Shown here: one piece after another, positions 26,895 to 36,987 of the stretch
How the letters are laid out: each line of letters begins with the position of its first letter
How positions within the stretch are numbered: the stretch's first letter is position 1
Assembly: GCA_038087875.1 (NCBI GenBank)
Contig: CM075977.1
Coordinates: 164,982,001-165,046,000, forward strand
Length of the DNA stretch: 64,000 nucleotides
Direction: 5' to 3'
DNA from: Malacoraja senta
Lineage: Eukaryota
The notes under the pieces: model-generated
Databases searched by the model: none
Seen by the model: the letters and a program-made list of their open reading frames with translations, nothing else
Told to the model about the DNA's origin: nothing
Translations under genes and position numbers: made by a program

Positions 26895-27290
26895 TGTAGG
26901 AAGGAACTGCTGGTGCTGGTTCAGAGTGAGGCTAAATGCAAATTGGAGGTACAGGATCTCATATTTTGCTTGGGCAGCTTACAGCCCAGTGGTATGAGAT
27001 AATATTGATTTCTCTCACTTCAGGTAGCCCCAGCATTCCATCTCCCTCTATCCCTCCCCAAGTCGCACTAGCTTCGCGTTTTCACCCAGCTAACAATGGC
27101 CTGTTTCCTTTACCATCGTTACTTTTTTGCATATCTTTTATTCATTCTTCTTTATCTCTCCATATCATCATCTATATCTCTCGTTTCCCACTATCCCTAA
27201 CCAGTCTGAAGAAGGGTCTCGACCGGAAACGTCACCCATTCCTTCTCTCCAGAGATGCTGCCAAGTTACTCCAGCTTTTTGTGTCTATGC
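26895..27290 (+). mobile_element. Penelope-like element 3' end (GIY-YIG C-terminus and pLTR)
   Basis: KCKLEVQDLIFCLGSLQPSGM..IDFSHFR* followed by a pLTR containing CTGAAGA..GAAACGTC. Confidence 0.75.
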
Positions 27291-27479
27291 AAGATCATAA
27301 AGTAGATATCATGATGTTTCCATGAGTGAGATATGGTTGTGAGATGGGCGAATCTCTGGAATTTCCTATCCTAGATGGTCTTGGAGGCATTTAAAAGTGG
27401 TGTTGGATGTTTTTTTTGAAACATCATGGAACTGGGGGCCATGTGGCATGGACACAGAAGAGAGTTGAAGCCTGGGGCA

Positions 27480-28010
27480 CATAGAGTCAGAGTGGAAACA
27501 GGCCTTTTGGCCCAACTCGCCCACACCTGCCAACAATGTCCCAGCTACCATAATCCCACTTGCCTTGCTTATCCCTCCAAACCTGTCCTATCCATGTACC
27601 CGTCTAACTGAAATTATCATACTGAATGGAGTAGACTTGAGGGGGGGGGGGGGGTAGGTAAGCTACTCCTTCTCATACTTTCTTACCATAGAGCATGCAA
27701 TCACAGAGCATAACTCGTTCCTGTTGACCAAGATGCCCATCCAAGCTTGTCCCATTTGTCCTAGTTTGACCCATATTCCTTCAAACCTTTCCTGTCCATG
27801 TACCTGGCCAAATGTCTTTTAGATGTTATATTTGTATCTGCCTCAACCAATTCATTTGGCAGCTTGTTCCACACAAGTACCATTCTGCAACAAAAAAAAA
27901 TTGGCTCCCTTAGGGTCCTATTCCCCTACCCCAGGAAATAGACTATGCATTCATCCTACCTATGCTCATTATTTTATACATCCTTTGTAAGATCACTCCT
28001 CTGCTGCAAA
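27480..28010 (-). mobile_element. CR1 3' fragments
   Basis: GGAAACAGGCC..GGCCCAAC 3' UTR motif on the minus strand. Confidence 0.65.
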
Positions 28011-29139
28011 GAATAATTGTGTTTATCCTTCAGCCAAAGTAGCCATTCATTATATTAATGTGGTCACACACATTTGGCCTTTTACAGTATTGATCATTTG
28101 GCCTGGAGTGCCATTGTATCTAGCAATTGTACGTGTGCTATCACATTTCTGGCCTAACCATGGTAAATTGCAGATAGAAGCTATTAATGTCTTGAATTAT
28201 GAATATTTTTCTGTCCATTTTGCAATTTTTCTTTCATTCAGACATGCTGCCTCATGATTTCAACATAAAATGTCTTGAATGGTGAAAAGGCACAAAATAA
28301 GGTCCAGATTTGGCCACCTTGAAAGAAGAATGTTTTGCAGACAGGATTTAAAATAAGATAATAATCTTCCATCAATTAATAATGGAGGCACTCAGCAGGT
28401 TAGGCAGGATCACGGAAAGGAATGGACAGGTGGTAGTCTATTTGCATTTTGCTCAAGATATGAGATGTTACCAGAATTAAGATAACCAGACAAAGGGGAC
28501 AAATAGTATGCATGCAAGGAAATAGTTCACACTTGTGACCAAATTCAGAACTAGACACTATAAAAGGGTAGTTCACAAACATTAGTGTAAAATCTGATAC
28601 GATAATTTGCATGAGAACATACAAAGCATTGTTATTTAAAGTGGCTAAAGTACTATGTACTAAAGTACGATGCACTAATATGTCACATTAAAAATGGATG
28701 TAAACAAATATCTGGCAAAAAAAGCAAAATACTATACACCTTAGTTAAAAGTATTGTTAAAGTTGCAATACAGTTAATCAGAAATTGCAGGCTCAATGCC
28801 CATTTCACTGCACTTGTTGGCTCTCACCACCCACTCTTTCTTGGAACATTTACTACACCCATCAGGTTCAACAATGTAGATTGTCACGTCAACGTCCTTA
28901 GATTTTACATCGATGTGGGGAAAATGTCTGGCATCTTATCTTTGTTACAGCTTTACCTGCAAACTTGTGATGAGCAGCTGTTGGTCATAGAGTTGAGTTG
29001 ATGTCAGTGCAATTGGTAACTGTCAGAGGGTTCAGCAAATTCAATTGCCTTCTTTGTATTTCACTAAATTATGCAGTGGAGGACCTTTATGCAGTCCCAT
29101 TACATGGAAGTCAGGATTCTTGGACACACACAAGCTGAG

Positions 29140-29545
29140 TCAGAGTGATACAGTGTGGAAACAGGCCCTTCGACCCAACTTGCCCACACCGGCCAACATG
29201 TCCCAGCTACACTAGTCCCACCTGCCCGGGTTTGGTCCATATCCCACCAAACCCATCCTATCCATGCACCTGTTTAACTGATTCTTAAATGTTGGGATAG
29301 TCCCTGCCTCAACTACCCCCTCTGGCAGCTTGTTCCATACACCCACCACCCTCTGTGTGAAAAAGTTACCCCTCAGATTCCTATTAAATCTTTTCCCCTT
29401 CACCTTAAACCAATGTCCTCTGGTCCTGGATTCACCTACTCTAGGCAAGAGACTCTGTGCATCTACCCAATCTATTCCTCATGATTTTATACACCCCAAT
29501 AGGACCTCCCCTTGTCCTCCTGCGCTCCAAGGAATAGAGTCCCAG
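29140..29545 (-). mobile_element. CR1 3' fragment
   Basis: ORF 29212-29448 (GESRTRGH..FFTQRVVGVWNKLP). Confidence 0.85.
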
Positions 29546-29710
29546 CAGACTCAACCTTGTGACATCTGATTCGTCAAAACACAGAAATCATTAGACACTA
29601 TTGTCAGTTCAGATTGCTCTGTATACCCAATCTTTAAACAAGAAGGGAATTATCTCTCTACTTGATTATTTATGTTTTCAAAAAACATCAAAAGAAAGCC
29701 AACCACTTAC

Positions 29711-29999
29711 CAATCATTGCACTGACTTCACCAGCCATGAGGTATTGCTCAGTTCCGTTATACATGTTGACATCGATGATTCCCTTCCGGATAGTTTCTC
29801 CGACCTTTGCTCCAAGCAGTACAGACCCAGCTGTTTCAAAAATGGAAGCCAGGATGCAGGCTTGGCGCAGTGTCACAACACCAGAGCCCACAGCAGTACC
29901 AAAAGAATTAGCCACATCATTTGCACCCACAGAGAAAGCGAGAATAAAGGCTATTAAGAAGCCAACTATCACCATCCACAAGTATTCATCCAGCACCAT
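29711..29999 (-). CDS. SLC20A2: SLC20A2 (PiT-2) first coding exon (exon 2, coding part)
   Basis: Encodes [56 protein letters not shown]...[18 protein letters not shown], nearly identical to the PiT-2 N-terminus (GANDVAN signature, D28, E55, N81 sequon). 289 nt; donor GTAAGT at 29710. Confidence 0.97.
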
Positions 30000-30247
30000 C
30001 TTGATTTTTTCGGTTTCCAGTATGTGCACAGATGTGAATTGGATGAATCACATACAGAACATACACAACCCTAGGCCAAGCTTCTGTAAACTGTAGTTTT
30101 CTTCTGTAAAAGTGCTTGGGAGATATTGTACTGCTAACTAATACTTCTCCGGGTAGTGATAACACAGTTTCTTAGGCTTAGGGTTATCAGCAGATGAATG
30201 CATTCCATAGTTAAGCGTCCAGTTTGGTAGACAGGGATGGTCAACTC
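30000..30247 (-). other. SLC20A2: Probable 5' UTR part of SLC20A2 exon 2
   Basis: Strong polypyrimidine tract and CAG acceptor at 30250-30248, 248 nt upstream of the ATG; similar to the mammalian exon 2 layout. Confidence 0.75.
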
Positions 30248-30820
30248 CTGTAAAAAAAAGTATAGAAAGAAAAAGATCAACACAATATTTTATACAGGTG
30301 GAATATCAAACCAAAACATTTTTGAAAAATCCATATATTTTCTTATAATCTTACAAACATTCACTTAAGGATGGTAAAAACAGGCAGATGGCAGTACTGC
30401 TACTTATCCTCCCCCAGCTCCACCTCTGGCCCCAGCAGGCCGGCCATCGTTTAATCTTTTGAGTTCACCCAAGTACATAGGGATGCGATTTAAGAATTCA
30501 GTTGCTCAAACCCCCCCCAACTATATGAAAATAGCAACATGTCCACCCCGTCCCCCACGTATTGCAACCAGTCAATACCATTCTAATCAGGGTGCCAGTG
30601 CAACATGGCTTAATTCTTTCCTTAATTCATCACCCATGGTTACCAGGGTCAGTTACTGAAGGACTAGCACGTAGGCCCTCTGTATCCAGCCATGTGGTCT
30701 CGGCGTCATAGCAGCAATGTCCCATCCCCAAAAAAGCCGGAAGCAGCTGAAATTTATTATTTCTGATTATGTTATTTAATGTGTCTAACATTCAAATATT
30801 TAAACTATATCATATCAATA

Positions 30821-32561
30821 TCTATCTATCTTCTATATACTTTTAAAACTCTGTGTGGGTGCGTGTATTTGTGGGTGTCAGATTTGGCCTTTGATTCCTT
30901 GGTCCGCCAAAACCACGCGAAAACTCCGAGATTTTTTCCATTTCGCTAGACATTACACTTTTACATACCCTAACACACTCCTTACTAGATTTAGACATTT
31001 TTATGTACACATTTTAAAATAAAATCCATCCCCCCCCACTCACTAATTTTGTCGCCTCCTGCTGGCCAGCCACCATAACGGCTGCTGCCGCCCGGCTCTG
31101 CTCCAAAAACGCCGACATTTTTTTCTTTCGCTAGCGATTTTCGCTGCTGCCGCCCGCCTCTCCTCCACTCCCCCCCCTCCTCCCCCCCAGGCCAGCTCTC
31201 TCACGCTGGCTCAAGCGCCCGGCTCTCCTCCAAAAACGGCGACATTTTTTTCCTTTCGCTAGCGATTTTCGCTGCTTCCGCCCGCCTCTCCTCCACTACC
31301 CCACCCCCCCCCCCAACCCCCGGGCCGGCTCTCTCACGCTGGCTCAAGCCAAACATCGGCTCTTCCCCCTCTGCTTTTCACCGACGGCGAAAAGCAGCGG
31401 CGGAACAACCCATCTTTGCCTTCAGCCAGCGTCATAGAGCCGGCGCGTCAACGGCCTGTCGGCCCGCAGCCCCATTGAGGGTGTACGCAGCGTCTCGAGG
31501 TTTGCGGGTTATAGACCAAGCGCAGGCAAGTGGGACTAGGGTAGCTGGGACACTGTTGGCCCATGTGGGCACGTTGAGTCAAAGGGCCTGTTTCCACACT
31601 GTATTACTCTATTGGGCAAACTGCACATAGAAAGCACTTAAAGTCAGGAGTGAACCTGGATCTCTGGCATGGGAAGGCTGTGGCTCTCATACAGTTCATG
31701 AGTTAATGGAAGTAGTTAGAGAGCCAGAAAATTAACAAGAGCTACAAAATTAAGATAGTTGGCCAATTAATAATATTAATATAATATCAAGGGGGGTGGT
31801 TAGTGTGTGTGTTTGTGGAGGTGGGGGTGGTTAGTGTGTGTGTTGGGGGGGTGGTTAGTGTGTGTGCTGGGGTGGTCAGTGTGTGTGTTGGGGGGATGGT
31901 TTGTGTGTGTGTGTGGGGGGGGGTGGTGGTTAGTGTGTGTGTGACGCAGCAACCTGCCCCCCCCGCAACCACGTGTTGACCCTCTCCCCCTCTCCCTCCC
32001 TTCCCCCCCTCCCCACTCTCTTCCCCTCCCCCTCCCCCTTCTGCCCCCCATCCCTCTCCCCTTCTGCCCCCCACCCGTCTCCCCTCCTCCATCCTCCTTC
32101 TCCCCTCCTCCAACCCCCTCTCCCCTCCAACCCTCTCTCCCCTCCCTTCTACCCCCCTCCCTTCCCCCCTCATCCCACCTCCTCTCTTCCCCCCTCCTCC
32201 CCTCCCTCTCCCCCCTCTCTGCCCTCCTCTCTCTTTCTCCCCCCTCCTCTCTCTCTCTCTCTCGCCTTCTCTCTCCCTGTCTATCCCCTCCTCTCTCTCT
32301 CTTTCTCTTCCCTCCTTTCTCTCTCCCCCTTCCGCCACTCACCGCTCCCCTCCCTATCCCTCTCTCTCTCTCCCTTCCCCGTCTCCTCCCCATCCCCAAT
32401 CTCTCCCCATCCCCAATCTCTCCCCATCTCCTCCCCCTCTCCTTCGCCCTCTCCCCCCCCCGTGTGTGTGGGGGGTGGTTAGTGTGCGTGTGAAGCCGCA
32501 GCAACCCCCCCTGCAAACGCGCGTTGGGGAAACAGACCCAACGGGTCTGCACTTGGTCTGG
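30821..32561 (+). mobile_element. Non-autonomous Helitron
   Basis: 5' end A/TCTATCTATCTTCTATATAC; 3' hairpin CAGACCC-AAC-GGGTCTG (32533-32549), then CTGG (CTRR) and T; no TSD; mosaic interior. Confidence 0.75.
31980..32461. repeat. C/T homopyrimidine low-complexity tract
   Basis: About 480 nt almost entirely C/T, flanked by GGGGGTGGTTAG(TG)n units. Confidence 0.95.
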
Positions 32562-34389
32562 TACATATATATTTTTTTTAAACAGTAATTAAATAGATAA
32601 AGTAAAATGAAATAACCATATCTTCTGCTTTTCCTATTGAAACCGAAAGAGCTCTCAGCTCCTATGCCAGCATCACCAGGCACTGGAGCAGAAGGGCGAT
32701 TTCCCAAATGAACAGCCAGATTTGACCTTTGAAATCTGCCAGCAAGTCCCACATTGTCAGATATCGTGGCACGTTCATGGAAATCCATAGGTTCAGTTCC
32801 TGCGATTAAAGACCAGCATTCCAAAAGTCAGCAAGATCCAACCATCAATCTCTACGGGGTAGCACTTTGTACACTTGTAAGCTTTGAATATTATTTCCAC
32901 CCAATTCAAAAAGGAATAAAAATAGCTTTTCCATAATACCTTACAACAGTCGAAAGCACCTCAGCTTTTGGAAATGCAGTCACTGTTTTGACGTAGAGAA
33001 ATGCAGCAGCCAATATATTGCAAAATTCCACAAACGGCATTGCAGTAGAACCCCTGGCACAAACGCAATTCCATGCAATAAAATGGCAGAAAATCAAGAT
33101 GATAATGAAGACATTAGCTTGAAATTCATTGATGCAAATTCCACCAGATTGAAAAAAAAGCCCAGTTCAAAATTTCTGAAAACTGCATGTGAAATCCAAA
33201 TCAACGAATGTGGCTCCAGCCGAAGCAGCATTCATATACATAGTAAAAAGAAAGTACCAGAAAGCCATTAGTAGATAAAGGCAAGAATGTGGTAGTTAAA
33301 AATAAAAGAGCTACAATGGGCAACAAACAACCGCAATTCAATCTTTTTGTTGAATTGGTTGCATTATTCAATGGGGTTTTTTCTGTTAGGATTTCCACGC
33401 TGCTTGTATTTAAATAGGTAAATTAAGTGTGTTTTACATTTTCAGGAAAAGTAATTATTTATCATTTGCTCCTGAAAAATAAAATAACTTTCAATTCCTA
33501 ATCACAAATATTTAAAATACTTCACGAAACATGTCTCACTAAATAAAGTTAAGCAAGTTTAGAAAGCAAGAGGAAAATAAACATCCATCTTTGTTGATTT
33601 TTCCCATTTGACGAGGGATCAAAAGTTAGGGTCACAAACAGCTTGTGTCTATAGAGGAGCAACCATACATTGCTTGGAGACTGCCAAGCATCAAGCATAC
33701 AATTGTCTTTATTGGGTTTGGATATGGATTTGTTCTGGTTATTAAAATCTGTATTTTTGTTTGTGCAACACAAAATCATCACTTAATCCTTCAGGCTTTG
33801 TAACATATTCTTTCACACAAGTAATTTTTGGACTTGACAGGACAATGGGTGCTTGATGTCACATCCATTCTGAGCACATCTCTGCCAAGATATAAGTCCG
33901 AGGGTCCAGATCCAAAACATCACGTGTTCTCCAAAGATGCTGCCTGATCCAGTGCTAAGTTACTCCAGCACTGTCTTTATTTCGATTTATACTGTAAGCA
34001 GGTTCCAAATCCGCTGAAGCATTTGAGACACCATCTCAGGAAAAACAATCCACAATTTATTAATTAACTTAAAGAGGAACTCCTAATCCTATTCCATGAT
34101 TATCTACTGGTGATTATCTACCGGCAAAGGAAAGGTGGTGCATCAAACTTCCATAGAGGTATTCACAGCCAGATTTCCAACAGATAATGCATAGCAAATA
34201 ACAAAGTCAACAACAAACAGGCAACAAACATCTGTCAAAGAGAACCTAAAAAAAGAACAAATATGTGTGTGGAGAAACACCAAAGACTTTTAGGCAACAA
34301 TGTAATAACTATAGATACACACAAAATGCCGGAGTAACTCAGCGGGATAGGCAGCATCTCTGGAGAGAAGGAATGGGTGATGTCTCAGT

Positions 34390-35802
34390 TTGCCAATGAT
34401 ACAAATCCGGGTGGAAGAGCATACTCGGAATAAGACATTGTGATTCTGCAAAAGGATATGGATGGATTGCATGATGGGCAAAAACCTGGCAAATAGAGTT
34501 TAATATGAGGAAGTGGGAGGTCATTCACTTACGTATGATGGATCAAATCGCAGGTTATCTAAATGGAGAGGACCTACAAATAAGTGCAGCTCAGTGGGAT
34601 CCAAGTGTTCTGGATCACAAAAAGTTAGCAGGCAGGTCAGCAAGTAGTTAAGCAGGCAAATGGTATTGCGGCCTTTATTGCAAAAGGATTGCGTTTAAGA
34701 ATAGGGACGTTTTATAACAGTTATACCAGGTGTTGGTGAAGCCACAACTGTCATACTGTGCAGTTTTGGTCCCCTTACTCATGAAAAGGATATAGCAGCC
34801 TTGGAGGCAGCCGAAAAGGTGATTCACCAGGCTAATTCCAAGGACGAGAATCCTAGCTAAAGAGGCTATTTTAGTGGTCTGAGAAACGACTACTGGAGTT
34901 TTCAACAGATCTTTATTCGAAAGTTCAATATCCAGCATACAGGCTTTTCAGACACGTCTGCCTACAACGGTGGTCAGCGCTGAACTAACGCGCGCAAGTG
35001 AAAAACCGCGCGAAACAAGCAGCCCCTCCCGAGTCACGTGACCGCGGCTTCCGAACGCTGGGTTCGATATCTGCGTGCGCTAGCAGGCGCCGCTACACTA
35101 TACAGTTTGGATCTGTATTCGGAAAGGGGCTTCGCAAGGTGGATATTGACATGTTACCTCTAGTGATAGAGTCACAAGCAGGGAAACATAGTTGCAAAGT
35201 AAATGACATCATTTAAAATTGAATTGTGTAGCAATTTATTCTTTCAAAACATATTGAATCTATCGCATTAATGTAAATGGCAAATAATTGATGGCCATGA
35301 ACTGATCTCCAAGGTAACCTGGTAACTTCCCTCCAGGCATAGGTCAGGATCCCTCAAGCCTCCTCTGTTATTCAATGCAATCAATCAATATTTCAGTTCT
35401 AAATGACTACCTCTAGACCCAGTGAAGTGCTGGATCAGGACTGCACCAAAGCACCAACCTGGATTATACATTCAGGGGACTGGAATGGGATTCAAACCCA
35501 CAACCTATGATAGGGGAGAAAGTCAGTAAACAGGCTATTCAGCCAAACTCATGCACAAGCTGTACCCATTTCCCTGTAAGCCCTTCCTATCCATGTGGTC
35601 ATCTCAACTGTATTTTTAATGTTGTCTCCATCTCTGAAATTAGATTTAGCTTTTGGGGCTAACGGAAACAAGGGATATGGGGAAAAAGCAGGAACAGGTT
35701 ACTGATTTTAAATGATCAGCCATGATCATATTGAATGGCGGTGCAGGCTCAAAGGGCCGAATGGCCTACTCCTGCACCTATTTTCTATGTTTCTATGTTT
35801 CA
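34390..35802 (+). mobile_element. Old CR1 (34390-35260, split by the solo LTR) and a CR1 3' stub (35640-35802)
   Basis: FAND, EFNMRKWEVIH and LYQVLVKPQL remnants; (CTATGTTT)n tail near 35790. Confidence 0.75.
34870..35097 (-). mobile_element. Solo LTR, probably Gypsy-type
   Basis: Minus strand reads TGTAGCGGCG...AATAAA...ACCACTAAA (mutated TACA end). 4-bp TSD CTAT at 34866-34869 and 35098-35101. Interrupts an old CR1. Confidence 0.8.
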
Positions 35803-36367
35803 ATGGACTCACTGGATGAATTGAAAGACAATGCTAAAGAGACATTTCAAATTAAAAAAGCAATAAATATGATTTTATTCAAGAATGGGGAAATAGAATA
35901 GGTTATTTCAGATACTAATGACTTAAGAAAAATATTTGATACATGTCTAGAGAGTCCAGGTACTATACATTTTTCTTTTACATTGATAGGATAACTTAAT
36001 ATTGATAAACCGAGGTTTACCTCCATAAGTGCCTATGCCATTCAAATTCTACCACTACTGTCAAATGCTGGTTAAAAAACATACCTATGCCAGACATACA
36101 TTCTTACGTATACATGTGCCCAGACACCATAATACAAAGAGTAAAACTGCTGAACTAGTTTTATTTTGCAGCATGTTTTGCTAAGATTTATCTCAATTAA
36201 TAAGTTGCATAATTATTCTGCAGACTCATTTCTGGAAGATCCTGCATTAACTGATCACAAAGGGGATACGCAAGTCAGACCAGACTGCCCACTGTGTCCA
36301 GTAGCCCCAAGAATGTTTAAATCATGTTTGGAAAGGATTATTTAAGGGAGGCAAAACACAAAATCTT

Positions 36368-36560
36368 ATAGACACAAAATGCTCCAGCATCTCTGGTGAG
36401 AGGGAATGGGTGACATTTCAGGTCGAGACCATTCTTCAGAATCAACCCCAAATATCACCCATTACTTCTCTCCAGAGATGCTGCCTGTCACACTGAGTTA
36501 CTCCAGCATTGTATGTCTATCTCTGGTGTAAATCAGCATCTGCAATTCCTTCCTACACAA
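36368..36560. repeat. Palindromic pLTR-derived repeat
   Basis: GACACAAAATGC...GGGTGACATTTCAGGTCGAGACC / CCATT.CTTCTCTCCAGAGATGCTGCC inverted arms. Confidence 0.75.
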
Positions 36561-36987
36561 TCTTATTTTTGGTTTTATCCACATTTGGAGATAAACGTGG
36601 AAAACATGGAAAAGATTTCTTCCCATATCATTGCACACAGTCATTCAAAAATGGAATTATCCAAGCATTGAAGATGCAACGGAAGTGACTCATTGGCAAA
36701 GAATTGTTGAAGGTGCGCGCAGGTTGTAAACTATCATAGTTCACACCTGCAAGTTTATTTTCAAAGTTCAAAAGGAAGGGCCACAAGTACCCAAGCCTAA
36801 TCAGTTCTTGAGTCATTGCACTTGAACAGATCATCTCTACCCCTCCCAAACCCCAAGCAAAGTCGTTCCACAAGATGTTCAGAGGATCTTGCACAACCCC
36901 ACTACTGAAACATGGGAAGAAATACAAATTCCTCAAGTGGTTCTTCAGTATTCATACAAAAAATGTGCCACAATTATGCACTTTTAA

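Noticed and set aside
7213-29999. Assignment to SLC20A1 (PiT-1)
   Set aside because: The short N-terminus ([10 protein letters not shown]) and the loop motifs [10 protein letters not shown] and [16 protein letters not shown] are PiT-2-type.
31787-32552. ORFs of 181-250 aa rich in G/R/E or P/S/L
   Set aside because: Translations of a low-complexity tract that lacks stop codons.
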